A stretch of DNA of 64,000 bases from Podarcis vaucheri (GCA_965113315.1 OZ220364.1); one strand, 5' to 3'. Shown: positions 12,764-43,333, numbered from the stretch's first letter. Notes: a model not told the origin generated them from the letters alone. Numbers and translations are program-made.

Positions 12764-15700
12764 TTCTACCTGAATTGAATACATAAGAGTTACTTAACCT
12801 AGTCAGAGACTGAATCACAGACATTTCCCTAAACTTGCTTAAAATCCTTATTTCAATCATGGTGCAGGGGTGGTCTAGCACCCAATGTTGCTGCAGAAGC
12901 AATATGTCTCAGGTGGTGAAAAGCGAATGGGGGTGCAGGGAGTGGGAAATATTCTAGGGCCATTTAACCAACTAGGCCTCTGGCAAAGTGGTCATTCCTC
13001 AAACTGCTGATCAGTGATGTCTTGGGTGTATGGTTGAAATATCAAGGAAATGCTTGATATTTCATGGGCTTCTCCTTGGAAATGGTGATGCAATCTAAGC
13101 CCACATACCCACCTGAAAGAAGTGGACGGAGGATAATTAAGAAAATACATGCTTCTAACGGACTTTGCAGCTTTCCTATTCTTCAGATTTGCTGATGAAC
13201 ATGGGATGGAACTGTCCAACTTTGGGACTACAAGTGGTTGAGCTATAAGTACGTATGCCTCTGGATGTCCTCTGTTCTGTTTCCAAATGTGCTGCCTTGA
13301 CTTAAAATGGACGGAGGACCTGTAGCCCTCCAGAAGTTGGACTTCCAGCCAGCATGGCCAGGAATGATGGAAGCCGTAATGCAGCACCAGCATCTTAGGC
13401 CCTACAGATGCTCTAACACTCTGAGGATCCTTAGGCTGTAGTTCTGTACCTGCTTACTGTGGGATAAGCTCAGTCGAAGTGAGTAGAACCTACAGCTGAG
13501 TACAAGTTTGTTAGCTACTTTCAGCACTATGTGGCATTTAAATTGAGATTAACCCAAAAGCAGCTGGGTTGTCAACGATGAACATCCCTACAGAACAAAT
13601 TCATTCAGGACTGGCATACTAGAGGTATCAATGTTTGTGGTGCTTACAACCAGAAGTCGATCTTTTAAAACAATAATGTGCTGCTCCTGTTTAGCTATGA
13701 GTATTTAACCTCGTGGCTAATGGTGGGACCCAATGCACTGTCCTGCAGCATACACACACAAAAAGGCAATCAAAGCAATTAAGCATCTGAAATACTTTGA
13801 GGAAAGGCTAAAATACTTGAAGCTTTATAATTAAATGGAAGAGGGGAGGTATGAATTGTGTGTGTTGTGGCAAGTCCATCTCTTCCCTACATACAGGCTA
13901 TGCTTCCACCTCTGCCAAACAGACCAAGGACAGATTTTTTTAAAAAAAACTATGCTTTGTCAGATAGTTGATGGAAGGCTGTTGTACGATGTGATGGCCA
14001 CTGGCTCCAGTGCAGGGTCTAGCACTAGCTGTTTGCCACGATAAACTAAATGGACACACCTGATTCAGAGGCAGTCTACCTTGGACAGCCAGCTGGCAGT
14101 CTAGCCACTCTCAAAAACAGGATGCTGAAATGGATGAACTCTGTCTGAGGCCATGGAAGTCTTTATGTTCCTCATTCTGACTTCAATGTACCTTTGGGAG
14201 TAGATAATAAATTAGGATTGATTCCCCCCCTCCCCCAAGAAGATTTACAATGAAAGCAACAGCTCTGTGGCTGATAACTGTGTGTAAGGGAAGATTCTGC
14301 TTCAGTAAAAAATAGTAAAGGACTTTGAATTCCCATTGTGCTGATCCTTCGTTGCTTTCAACTTGGTAGCCACTGTAGGGAGTTCCAGATAGGTCACTGT
14401 CGAGTTCAAAATTATTATTCCGTTCTTCCTGAGAAGTGATTGCATGCTGCGCTTTGTGCTGGACTTCAGTAACATAACTGCATATTGAGGATGGGAATGG
14501 GGTGAGGGAAGATCAGAGGCTTTTGGTTTAAAGGATAATAACTCCTGGCTCCTATAAGAGGGTCCATTTGATCAATCCACGTTTGCATCTGTTTATAAGA
14601 TGCTGAAGTGGACTTTTTGCATGGCAAGCAACCATAACAGGACTCCTTGCCCAGGCAAAGCCTGTGTTCCTTGGAACAAAATAATCGTTTGTGTGGGTCT
14701 TGGGAATGGCAAAAAAGCAAAAAAAAATAAAATAGAACTAAGCCTGGAGGAAATCCTGCTACAACCAATTTTTTTAGGGTAAGGTATAGGGGGTCCAGCT
14801 GTACAAATACAAATTATGGGAAGTAGGCTATGATAGGCACCTTACAAATAGAACTTCATACTTGGTATAGCATTTTTTATAGTATTGGTTTGGATGTAGG
14901 TAGGTTGGAGAATCTGCACAGGAACTCAAGGGAAAATATATGCTGCTATGACACTTTTGAGACCACTTAGTGTGCCATTCCAACATGTCATTAAGAGTAC
15001 ACTCATTGGAATGAATGACTGTGACTAAGATTGGTTGATAAATTTCAATGGATGGGATTTACCTAACCAGCCCCTCAGCAGAAGCTTCCCCCTGCACACC
15101 ATGTCACACCCAAAAATTGGTTATTTTGGCAAGGTGTGCGTGCATCAGAACTCCCAGAATAGTACACACGAGGAGAGGGAGATGATTCTATCTGAACAGC
15201 TGGAAGAGTGATATTGACTTCCACCAAATATTTCCTGAGTAAAACTTCAAGTTATAAAGCCTGAGGGTACCAGTTAAGTCATTGGCACTTAAAAGGTAAA
15301 CATACATCCCTTTACCTCATTTTGCTACAGCAAATCATTCTGTGAACTACAGCAGGAACAGTGTAGTGCTCTCTCTGCAGGATTTGCTTTATAAATCCCC
15401 TTGTTTTGTGGTAAAAACAAATAAGCAGCCAAATGCCCTGCCTGTCCCAGGCCTGGACTGTTACATTCTTTACCTTCCCAGTTATCAAGGTGCTGCTTCT
15501 CCACTCAACTTAGAAGAGTTAGAGATGGCACAGCAAGTAGCAGGCTCTTAAATAAAAGTCTCTCCTTTCAGTATGCAAACTGCAGCTGCACCTCAACCAA
15601 GCTTTAAGGTACGGGGGCTAGAGATGAATGTGTTGGTGTTGGCCACTGTGTGCAGACTGCATCTTTTAAAGCCCATCCATATCCTTTTGATGACATAATA

Positions 15701-16293
15701 GACACAGCAGAACTGTGCCAGCAGCTTCTACTTTGTAGTTTTACTTGAGCACACAGAAGAACCGGCTAACCATCATTACCAACAACCAATTTTGTTGTGG
15801 TTACAATAGTAGAGCGCTCCATTAACAGAAGGAAGATGCCACCTGTCCCATGCTTCATAAGGGTAGGTGAAGAGTACAGAGCTAGCAGTTCAAATGGTTA
15901 CCGGTAAATCTATTATCCAGGCCTGAACTGGTACCTAATTTTGAAGCAATTTGCACCACCCATCATGCAAGACCCCAACCCCAAACTACTGTCCAGTATA
16001 TGCAAGTCTTAAATGTACACTGCAAATGTAGAATTTGGAGCTGGATACAGGATTCAGGCCTGACATGGAACCATGCATTTCAGTCATCTAAGGAACCAGT
16101 CTAGGCGCCAATATTAAGGTGAATCTGCTAGGGAAAGTGTTTTAGGGAAGATGAAGAAAGCAATTCACGACAAGTGCAAAATTGTATTAGAACTGAAACC
16201 TATTTTGAGGAAATAAATACAGTACACCCTGAACCTATAAGCCCCCCCCCCCATTTTGAAACATGGACACAACAGCGGAAACTCAAGTTCATC

Positions 16294-16299
16294 TTTATT
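16294..16299 (-). terminator. Probable poly(A) signal of the PRR36-like gene (about 1.95 kb 3'UTR)
   Basis: AATAAA on the minus strand, followed by a GU-rich element (gtttccgctgttgtgtcc). Confidence 0.6.
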
Positions 16300-18245
16300 T
16301 TAAGAAACTAAGAAAAATCTATCATAATTTATCACCAACAATGTGCTACATTACAAAAGCAGTCACACACATGCAAACTTCAGAAGGGGGGCGGGAAACC
16401 ACACACCTTGTTACAGTTAATAAGGCTCCATTTCCAATGATATCACTACACAAAGCTACAGTTCCATCGAGTTTTAAGAGATACATCCCAAACCCTGCAT
16501 TCAAGGCACATGTAGCTGCATGGACAAGAGTTACCAAGAGGAAAACCATTTCTGAATGCATGGAAGAGGAGGACCATATTGCCATGCAGATGATAGGTTT
16601 CACAGTTGGGCTACTTCCACCATAGCAATTTGTAATGCCTGGGCACTTTCAGCCCCACAAGCAAGGAAGGGCTAACCAACATAGACGCCTTGTCCCTACC
16701 TAGAAAACAATCTTCTCCATCTCATGTAACATTTTCCTAGCAGCACTAATCTCTCAAGGTAATTGACTCAAGAATCCTAAATTCTGCCATCTCCATTGTA
16801 GCAGGCAGAAATGGAGGAAAGTAATGCCTCAAAGGCATTTCTACCTTTGCACTGCTCAGGAGTTTCTCTAGCAAGTGGTCCTGTGCTACGTGCCCAAGTA
16901 TGCGGAGGTGAAGGAGAATTTTTTTTATTTTTAAAATCCCTGTGATGGGACATTCTATCCCACAACTGGCATGTGGGGTACTGGCAGTAATTTTTTCCCA
17001 CTTAATACCAGCAAATGCTAGGAGGCCTTTACTAGAAAAAAAGATGCAGTGTTTCATCGCCATTAAAGTCTGTTACAGCAGAGTCCCACAGCAAAAAGTG
17101 TCAGTTGCATTTGTCCATCATCAAAGAAAGGAAGTCCCTGGGCATGGCACAACTATCCCTGCAAAGCACCATAGGAAACCTGCAGGTTGCTACTGTTGTG
17201 CCAATACGGAGACAGGATAGCACAGTCATCGGCATTGCAATCTTGTCCACTTCTCTATACTGCTGAACTTTGGGTTCAAGCTCCCAGGAAGAAGACACTC
17301 TGTACCAAACAATTCCCGAGCAGAATAATTCCCAAAGAGATTCTCATTATCCTTTCCCCTGGACAGGGTACAGATGTCTATGTAAAAAAAACCAAGTTGA
17401 TGGGCACTTAGATGGCAAACCACATACCAGCACAAGCCCTCCCACCAAATACTTTGAAACTTGGGGCATGACCCGCTCCTGAGAAGTACAGAAATGGCTA
17501 AAGACAGAGCAGTTCCTCCTCACTTGTAGATGCTCCCCCCCTTTATGTCATTGGAGGGGCAATTTCATGTGTTGCTCTTTCAGGGGAAAGAGGTAGAAAC
17601 GCCTTTCTCCCAAGAGCAAGCAGTTTGCTTTAGAAGGGTTCCCTGTATCTGTAGTCAGCTATGAGAAATGAGGCACGTGAACACTTTCTGCCAACCTAGG
17701 AAAGGTCTGCCAGCTTTTGTAGCCATTAACTGCCAATAAATCCATGTGGAACTCCAAGGCCACATCAGTAGCTGTATCAGACAGTTGCTTATCTACGGCT
17801 GGGGGCAGCCCCCAGCCAAGTAGAGAAAGTATTGCTATGTCAACCAAAAGCGGAGGGGTGTGGTCCCCCCCCCAGCACTTACCAGGCGAAGTTGCGCAGG
17901 ACTATCTCAAGTGTAGAAGCTGCCCCATATCACTGAAAACCCAAACAAAATGTAGAGGGGGTCCAGTGAGCTAAAAGCAGCTCAAAAGTGAATTTGCACT
18001 TTCTGGCAAGTGGCAAAACAGTGGCTAAGCTACGGTAAAAGCCAACAGAGCCATCATCTCACATAGTGTTTCTCATTAGCTGCCCAAGAGATCAGGAGAA
18101 TGGGAGGAGGAACACCCCCGCAGTTGGCTAACACTAGATTCTGAAGTCCCTACAGGAGTGGCTGGATCGTACCTAAGGGGAAGGATGTTGGGGGGAAACA
18201 AGTCAAAATGCCCAAGGGAAACTTTCCATTTCCAAGGAAACAAAT

Positions 18246-33937
<15,692 letters not shown>

Positions 33938-36900
33938 CTTCGCACCGACTGACACTGGGCAGGCTGTCCGTATCTCTCTGAACCGCTAGGCCAGGTGCAG
34001 GGCTCCGTTTTCACCTGCGACCTGAAAAAGAGGACCACCAACACTTTGTGTGGAACCCCACCCCAATGAAGCTCTGCGGGGATTGTGTGTAGTATTGCAG
34101 ATGACTCTCACATCCCGTTGGTTCAGCAAGCTGAACCTAGCTGCTTCGGATGCAAAAAGCCAGCACTGACTATATACACAAAAGCATTCATATGCGGCCA
34201 TCTAGTCACATGAAGCTATCTGCAGCTTGTTGCCAAAAGCTTTCAGAGAGGTGGATTCTACATTGGGGGACTGCAAAGAAAAGCATGAACATCCACGCAG
34301 TACAAAACTAATTTTCTAGGGATGCCAAAGTCATAGTGGCAGCTGCCACATGTTGGAGTCTTACTGGTAAATCAGATCAGTCAAGCAACAGTTGCGTTGA
34401 TAGGATCCACCTTAGAGTCACAAGGCCAATGTTGTGTTGTTCATTAGATTGGCCCTATTTCTGCCACTGTGCAGTCCCCTTTGTAGAGCAAAGTGACAAA
34501 TCAGGAACATTGCCGCCCAGAAAGCAGCATTTGCCCATGGCTGGCAACTATTTTAGCTGTCTACTTTGCAACAAGGGTTCCGTCACTCCCAGCAAAAAAA
34601 GAAAAGAAAAAAATGTGTTCCATCAAAACCACAGAGCACTCAAGCTTGGGGGATGTGGTGAGAAAGAAAACCAAATCCACCAGCAGAAGGAGAACCGGAT
34701 ATTCCTCACCATGCTCTGCTCCCTATGCCTTCCCAAGTAACTTATCGGTGGAAGAGCAGCTGGCAGGGACAGGCCAAGAGAGAGTATAACTTGAAAGGAG
34801 GACTCTTCCCAGATGGCATCCAATGGACCGTCAAGGCATTTAAAAGATCACTACAAAATTTACAACCACTACTGTAGCTGAAATTTATATTCAACAATAA
34901 ATCCTACGCCGCAAAACCAAGGCAGCTCAGAGCCATACTATTAGATAATTAGATCTCCTATCAAAGCCCTTTTCAGTATGACAAAAGAGAGGAAGTTATT
35001 TTAAACATGTCTTAGCTTTGGAGGGTGGGTTGGGTTTTTTTAAGGGATTTGTTGAAGACAGTTCAATTCCTGCCTCTAAACTGAGGAGAGACTCAAAACT
35101 TTACAGGGAAAGTTGAAGTGCCTCTGAGACAAGGTGAACAGCAAAACAGAAGATGCAAATTTGTTTCAGAAAATGCCTCGCACTTACACACACTTGCTTG
35201 GAGCCTATTTAAAATGCAAGGTTTATCCACATTGATTATCCAGGATTGGCATGTAGCATACAAAAGAGCTGAAGGCCTTATGCAACTGCCATGCACTGAA
35301 TCTTGGGTTGATTTGACGAGAGCAGCCTCCGCCAACAAATCAGCCCCTGCCAGCACAGAACACTGGCTGAAGCCGAAAGCAACTGGAGGGTACCAGGTCG
35401 GGAGAGCTCCCCTTATGAGAACCTTGGGTGCACCTGATGCAGTTTGCACAGCAGGTTTGGGACCAACCAAGCCCTGTTGCCAGTGGTAATTTTGCACCTG
35501 AGCAGAAGTGTGATGAACTGTGGCTGCAGAGGCCACAATACATGATAGCACTCCTCTCCAGGGGAGAGGGCAGAAGACAAGGGGAGGGCTGCCAAGCCAC
35601 GTGGTCCAACGTTGACACTACCAATGATCTATTTTCCTGTGCAGGAAGTGAAAGACTAACTGGCCCTTGGCAGCCTCTGCACAGTCTTCCCAGGCAATAA
35701 GTGTCATAGAATACTTTGCCCGCTGCCCATGAACTGACAGAGATGACTTAGGTAGATAGGTCTCAAGTCACCCACTGACTTAGAGAGGCTCTTCCACCTA
35801 TATCCTAGGGCACCCAATGGTCCACCAGCAGATCACATTACCTTCTGCCCACTCTAGAGAAGCCATATGCAGAAAGCTTCAGTGACTGCTGACAGCTATT
35901 AGATCCTGAAGGCAGTTCCCAGGGTCATTTCCATTCTGCTCTTAGAGCACAAGGCAATGAGGGGGCTATGGGTAGAGTCTTCACCCATATTTGCTTATTC
36001 AGCTGGTTGTTTTAAAGCCCTAACTGAACATCCAGGACATTTAGCCACTCCTATGCTGAAAAGAATGGTTAACTTTTAACCCACTGTTTGATGTGGGAGA
36101 GAAAGATGCACAAACAGCACCATATTTGCAAAAAAGCACATTTGTTCAATGCAACAAGAATGAACTTGTTGGGGACCAACCCCTTAAGTCACACTTGACA
36201 CAACACCTCTCCGTGTAAATAACCTTCCCAGTCAATATCAGCTATTGCCAAACAGTTCTGATAGGAAACTTTTGCCCTCCCGCCCTGTTATTATCTTAAG
36301 AGGTCCTTTTGTTTTAATACTGTACTTTGGTTTCTCCTGACCTTCTTGTCTCCTGCATGGTCAAGTTTCAGTTTCACTTTCTGCTTGCTGAAAGTGTGTA
36401 CCCTCCAAAATCCCTTATATATGCATATACTGCATATGCCGTTCCTTGGAGTATCACAGAAGGTAGCCATTTAACTTTTAAGTCATAACCAGCCTCCAAT
36501 TTTTATTTTCCATATTGTTTTGTTAATGAATACAACTTGACATTTTAAAACCCAGCAGAGCTAAGTGTTGTTCATGCTACAGTTGAACTCTTTGAAATCT
36601 CTCTTACACACACCCTGCCCAAAATTGTATTTACACTTTTCCCCCACCCTTCTACTGCCCACCATGAGTACCGTTCAGTTGTCTCAAATATCTTGTTCGG
36701 TTGTTTATAACCCACCACAACATCCTGGCATGTTTATAATTCTGCATCACCCAAAGCTGCAAAGCATATGTTTCAGTCCACATCTGAGCCCAAGGCAGGC
36801 CCATGGGAAAACCTGCTGCTTTTCTAGCCCTTGAATGCTGCTGCACATTCTCCCAAACTTTCCAGCTACATTAGACACACAACGCTCCCTCGAAGGCAAA

Positions 36901-37509
36901 AGAAGTGCAAGGGAGCTGCAGCCCCTCCACCCCTGCCCCCAAAGCAAGAGAGTTAGATCATTCCAACAGTCACCCATTCACTTTTGTGTTTTTGTTTGTT
37001 CCAATTATTGTCCCAGGAGGAAGAGCTCTGCTAGCAAGCCTATAATTTCTCTTCTGGTTTTGGAGATGGCCATTACGTTCCCCAGCTACAACCTTGCCGA
37101 TCCGCTTTAATTACACAAAGTACGTACCAGGGAGATCGATCTAGAAGCATCAGTGTGTAAAGACACAGTTACACCTGCTTAGCTACCCCAATCCATTATC
37201 TTCCCCCCAACACAATCATCCATGACTTCTGCTTCCTGTTAGGTTAGGTAGGTGATTAGATTAGCAGACATCTCTCCCATTTAAAAACTCACCTGATTTG
37301 ATGTATACTCCCCAAACTTATTTCCATCTTATAACTGAAGTACTTTACTTCACCAGTGATTTTCCTTATCCTTCAGTGTTCATGCACTGCCCTTCCTTTG
37401 CACACTTCTGTAGCAACATCCTTTCACTAGCAAATGGTCCATACACCTTGCCCTAAAGGGTTTCATTCATTCATCTCAATCCCAAAAAGGCTTTGCCTTT
37501 CCCCTAGAG

Positions 37510-37758
37510 CAGGGGTCAGCAAGCTTTCATCAAGGGGTTAGTCCACTGTCCGGCTTAGACCTTGCGGGGGACCGGACTATATATTGTGGGAAAAATAAAC
37601 GAATTCCTATGGCCCACAAGTAACCCAGAGATGCATTTTAAATAAAAGCACACATTCTACTCACGTAAAAACACACTGATTCCCAGACCACCCGCAGCCT
37701 GGATTTAGAAGGCGATTGGGCCGGATCCAGCCCCCGGACCTTAGTTTGCCTACCCATG
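37510..37758. mobile_element. hAT (Charlie-like) MITE
   Basis: Ends caggggtcagcaa / ttgcctacccatg; 8-bp TSD ccctagag / ctctagac with a CTAG core. Confidence 0.75.
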
Positions 37759-38779
37759 CTCTAGACTAGCCCATTTCTGCATATCTCAGCCATCCATCTA
37801 AAAGCCGCTAGCTCACCTGAATTCCCCCATCCGCATATTTTTACTTTATTTCCTGTGGGATTTTTCTTGGAGGGGTAGCCTGTTTCCTAGCGAGGAGCTA
37901 ATCGGGGGCGGGGGGGGGGGAAGGCTTTTTCTGTTGAGTACAAAGCCTTAATACAAACTTTCTCTCCATTTTAGAGACAGGCTCCTTTACATGTATACTG
38001 TGATGGAGGGGGAGAAAGGAACCCCTTTGTCCACTGTCAACTACATGGGACCCTATGAAAGGTGAGATAGTTGACATTTGTTCTTCCAGTAACCAGCCAA
38101 GAGAGATTTGGTTCAGTTTGCCTTTCCTGCAAAAAGGCAGCCTCAATTTCATTTTATCTTTTAAATGGATTCATCCAGCAATACCAGGGAAAGCCTATTC
38201 ACTCTCACAAAGAAGCACAGGGTGGGGCTGTGTGTTCATACGAGATGGTAGCTCATCACCACTGCAAATCCCTCCCTTAACAAAGGAAAGGGCCTGCAGA
38301 TCTTAGGAATTGGTCCCTCCTGGTTTCATGCGAGACTTTTTAGGGATGGGAGCCACTTCCCCCTGTGGCCCCTGACATTATGGAGGCTTTGTGTATTTTG
38401 TTTGTTTATATATAATATAAACCTCGCTTTTCGGTACCGACGCTTTTAATGCACTTGTAGCCTTAGCTCGCTTCAATCAGCTTGCTGGGGAAAAAAACCC
38501 CTTTCACATCACGCCTTTTTTTAAAAGGAAAAAATGCCCTGCTTACTGCACCCAGAGAAAGTGCAACAACAAGAATAGCCACCAACGGGTACAGCAAATG
38601 CAGTGTGCAGCTCCCCTCTCCGAGGGTGACGAGTTGGTCGGAGAGGGAGAGGGGACGGGGCTAACAGGCTAACACAGCAGATTCTGCCCCGAAGGCTTCA
38701 CGAAGCCCGGAGAAGAGCCTGGGATCCAGCTCCTAGTCTTCCCTTTGGCCGGGAGGATCCATTCAAAAACTGCCCAGCC

Positions 38780-39790
38780 TAACAAAAAAGCCAACACCCC
38801 GCCCCGCCCCTCCAGATCAGGGCTGTTCGCTCGGTCCGCTTTGCACCTGCCGGCGCCATGTGCACCGGAGCCCCACGCGCCCCCCAATAAGCTGACCCCC
38901 AGCACGTGGGAAACCGGGGGAAGAGAAGAGAAGCAACCCGCCCTGCCCAGCCGTGGGGGAGAGGAGAGCCGCCCAGACCCTCTCCGCTCCGCGCGCAGTT
39001 CCCAAAGCTCCGGCCAGGGGCCGCCCGCCGCCGGAACTCCCGGCGCCCCCTCGACGGCTGTTACCTCGCTCGCTCGCTCGCGGCGCGCCGGGAAGCCGAG
39101 CCAACCGTCCCTCGGCCGCTCCAGCAAGCGAAGGAGCCCTGGGGGGCTTTTGTCTCCGTGCAGGGGATGCTGCCGGCCGGCCTGGGCGTCGCTGCTGCTG
39201 GTGCTGCTGCCGGCGGCGGCGGCGCCTGCCCTGGGCGTGTGTGGCCGGAGGGCGCGGAGGAAGGCGGAGTGGAGGAGGCGGCAGCAGCAGCGCCAGAGAC
39301 GCACAAAGTAGGCATGGGGAAAGGGGCGGGGCGGGAGGGAGAGCAGAAATGCCCCTCTCAATTACCTGGACAGCCAATGGCAGCGCCGGTTGGGGTTTGG
39401 AAGGGATGATGTCACTCTCGCGGGGAGAGGCTGGCGCTGCGCGGATCAATTGTGTCTTCGGCTGCGCCGCCGGCAGCTATTATGGCCCCCGCCCCGCCCC
39501 CGCCCATGTGGCAGCTGGTTAATAGTAATTCAGCCGCGGGGGGGGGGAGCGTTAACCCTCCGCCTGCTGGAGCGCTGATAGCGAGCCTGCTACTGTCAGA
39601 AGAGGACACATGGGGCTGGTTCACACGTGCGCGGATATACCCCCCTTCTGACCTGAACGTGTGAACTGGTTTTACTGAAAAGAGTTGTTCGAGCAGGGGC
39701 CGACCCGGGTTGCAGGACCCTGCCTGGGTCAAAGGGGCCCTTAAGCGGGCCCCTCCTGGCAGACCGGGCTGGCCCACCCTCCCCATCCCC
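38780..39790 (-). promoter_or_regulatory. CpG island promoter and non-coding exon 1 (about 39065-39330) of the PRR36-like gene
   Basis: CpG-dense island; minus-strand donor GAG|GTAACA after 39065; GC boxes (ggggcggg, about 39323-39336), CCAAT near 39374 and a TGATGTCA CRE-like site near 39407. Confidence 0.7.
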
Positions 39791-42410
39791 AAGCAGGCTC
39801 ACTGTCTGCCAGTGGTACTGACAGGAGCACCAGCCAGGCCTGCACAGCTTTACTTGCCTGCGGTTGCCCTTTCCCGTTTCCGCACCATGAGGATATTCCG
39901 GAGGGCCACAGTCTCCCCATCCATTATCTGTACTGTAGCCCTCTGAAAGAAGAATTTGTTCCAGTTCCTCAGACAGTGATCTCATCCAAAAGATTTGCCT
40001 CAGGCGTTCTAAAAACTATAATATCCACAGAATGAAGAGACAGAATTGGAAAGGCTGGAATGATCTACTACAGGACAGACCCAGAAGAAAAAGCAACTGA
40101 ACACAGCATTTTGTCAAAGGAACCAGCCCGAACTGTTCCTTTAAAAAAAGCCCAACAATTTTGGGGGTTTCGTCAACAACTTTTGGGGTGTCCTGGTTTT
40201 TACTTTTTGAAGTATGGTACGGTATCAGCTGCCAACAATGCCTTCCTAGTGTCTGCATAGGACAAATAAGCAAGGACCCACAGTTAAGAATAAATGGGCA
40301 CAATGCTTACATATTTTTTTTAAGGCAGCATAAGCTAGTGGGAAGATACTATTTCATTTTCTCAGGACACACTGCTGCCAACCTGAAAGTCACCAGCATT
40401 TAACAGCAGCAAAAACTTTTACGAGGACTCCAGTGTGAAATTGCTGGATTAGAATTTATGAGTACAGTAAGTTTAATCCTATGTATTCAGATCAGGAATT
40501 TCTGTCTCATGATCTCTTGTCTTTCATGACCTTTTGGCCCAGTTGTTCACAATTGTTTTCTCTATAGCCATGCAATATATGTTTGATGAACTGGGCTCTA
40601 GTCCGCCAAGTCTTATGCTGCAATAAACTGGAGACTCTTCAAGGTGCCACAAGTCTTTCTGGTTGTTGTTTTTTGCTTTGCTTTGCTTTGCTTTTAATCA
40701 ACATGTCATCAGCTTATGTGCTTTGTGACAACAGAGTCCAAGTGGCTTACACACCCTGCTATATTTTACACCATGTTACTTCTGAGAGCTGCTTTCCAAA
40801 ATCAGCTGAAAACAAAACACTTAATATAGCACTATATTATCTAGCACTGCCCACCCCCATGTCTAGCATTTTCTTTCATGTTTGCTCAGACCTGCAACTT
40901 GCCTTAGGGCCATCTTCACAGCGTGCAGCCTGATGGTGGACAAACTAATTTGGATTGTATTTGCGGGCTGCAGCTCCTGAGTTAGATGCTGCATGGTGTG
41001 TTGCAGAAAGGCCTGATGTTGAAGTTATCTCCATCCTTCCTTAGCCAACAAGGAGTAGTGAGGATTATTATGGGAAGAGTTGTCCTGGCCTTCAGAGTGA
41101 AAACATTCTTCTGGCAGCTAATTCCAGAGGTGGGTGCTTCTTGCTTGCCTCTGATCTCTGTGTTTTTTAATTTTTTGTTTACTTTAGGAGTGAAAATGCT
41201 GAATCTCAATACTAGGGGAAGAGCAGGGCTAGCCCAAATCATTTTGCTGCCTCAGGCAAAGGGCGAAATAGTGCCCCCTCTCCTCCCCCCCCCTACAGAA
41301 TTCAACAGGACTGGAGACGAACCTGAGTTCCTCAACACTCCTAATGGCTGTGTGTATTGGCTCTTTCTGCATCCAGAATTTCTCCTTCACTGTCAACTGT
41401 GCTCATTAATCACCACCACCCTGAAGTCCCTTCATTAGTCCCCCAGAACTTAGCCTGGATCAGAGTTGTCTTATGTAATAATTGTTTAATTTTATAAAAA
41501 CCAAACAAAGATTTCCATATATCCATGTATCTGCAAAATATAAAACCGCTGAACCTTTTCATTTTAATACATAGATCTCTTTAAAATAAAGCCCACTATT
41601 CATTAGATGAATTGGGAGAAACAGCAAAGGAGGAGAACTGGAAAGCACTTTGCACAATGAAAATAGCTCTAATATGATTATTTAAGAAAAATCACAACAA
41701 TAATAATGGATAAGGAGAGAGACATTCATCACATATGGCTGCTATACCTGGTTAATTCTTTATAGGCCATATGGAGGTTCTACCACCCCACCCTAACCAG
41801 GCACCAGGGCCCGAATCAGAGATTTCTGCATGCGCCAGGAAGTTGCACATGTGCTGCTGTGCTTAAAAATGCACACATCCATTCCCCCCAGAGACATGGT
41901 TAGTGCTCCTCCGGTCCTGCTGGCTCTAATTTTTGTGTGGAGAAGAGGGACACTGGACTCAATCCATCACCTTCTCTGCCTCCCCTCCAACCCCCCTCTT
42001 CAAGGGTCAGCATAGATAGAACTGGCAATGTGTTCAGCTGTACACTCTTAAGCAGGCTGGATCAGATCATTTCACTCCTACTCCAGCCATTACACTCCAG
42101 TAAGGGAGATCAATGAACAGCAACCTCTTTCCACTCACAGATCAAAGTCTTTAATGAGCCAAAGAGCTTTGAGATTTTGATGAGGGATGGCAATAACACT
42201 CAGAATTGTTGATTACCATTTTGAGTACTGATTTGCAACTGTCCCAAATCCCACAATTTATTTTATGTGTTTTCAGCTTGGGAAACGGTGGTGTAGATTA
42301 TATAGTGCAGTCCAGTGAAGCAGCAGACTTAAGCGCTCTCTCTTGTGTTTGCTAAGTTTGGAGGAGGTAGGCCATATGCCAAGGCCCTTCTAACCCCTGG
42401 ACCCAGTAAG

Positions 42411-42861
42411 TGTTGAAATCTAATCAAGGATTCTAATTCCTGGGAAAGCTAGGCTAGCTTCCTGGTGAGGTGACAGACTAGGTACTGGGCTACCGATGGA
42501 ACGAAAGTGGCTCAGCACCAGAGGGCAAAAGGGTGGGCCTCCTCCCTCCGCTGGCTGGAAGTTAGAGAGACGAGGGTCAGAGCTGAGAGTGAAGTTATGT
42601 GAGTTAGAAGATGGAAGCAAGGCAGCAGGCTGGTAAGGCAGAGGGTCAGAGTGATGCCTGATTTCTCTTGCAATCCAAGGCTGCGGCTATGGGAGAAGCA
42701 AGACCCTTTTGGGGTGTCAATGCTGTGAACCCCTCCATTGTAGGCTTAGATTGTATAGAAGTGTAACTCAACTGTGCACCATAGCCTCTGCTGTGCCACG
42801 CTCCAAGGAAACCGAACCTTGGGTAAGTGTCACGGGGGGATTAGAGTGGTGTACAACAACA
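42411..42861. mobile_element. Possible solo LTR
   Basis: About 450-bp block bounded by TGTTG...CAACA, flanked by taag / taat (imperfect 4-bp TSD); composition differs from the flanks. Confidence 0.35.
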
Positions 42862-43314
42862 TAATGGAAAGACATCTAGGCTTGAGCAGGGAGCAAGCCA
42901 TTGTTGGAAACCGGAAAAATAAACTCTACCCTCCTAATCCATCCCCGGCCCCAGTTTCAATGGACTTGTGCTGCAGTGGATACAATGAACCATTATTATT
43001 ATTAGCATATTTTCATGACATCTTTTAGAGATCTGGTCGCTGGTTCTGGCTCCATAAGATACTTTTTAAACATTTAAATTCAGAAAATCCATAACCCCAA
43101 AGGTGACACTTCTCACAGATTTTGTGAGTCAATGAATATGCTAATTCCAGAAGACAAGAATTGGATTGTCATTGCTTGTGGAGACATAGCTAAATTACTT
43201 TACCCCTCTCCTATTTGTAAAAGCTGGTCTAAAAGCAAGAGGTTTTGGTCTCTTACTCCAAAAACCACATTCCATGCATGGTTCAGGCAGCCAACCTGGC
43301 TTTTACAGAGAAGG

Positions 43315-43333
43315 TGGCCTCTAGATGGCAGTA
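43315..43333 (+). promoter_or_regulatory. Candidate CTCF site
   Basis: tggcctctagatggcagta fits the CTCF core CC(A/T)(C/G)(C/T)AG(A/G)(G/T)GGC(A/G); lies between the PRR36 promoter and the 3' end of the CCN gene. Confidence 0.5.

Noticed and set aside
38669-39522. ORFs of 167-230 aa on both strands
   Set aside because: CpG-island artefacts. An in-frame stop upstream of ATG 33937 indicates that exon 1 is non-coding.
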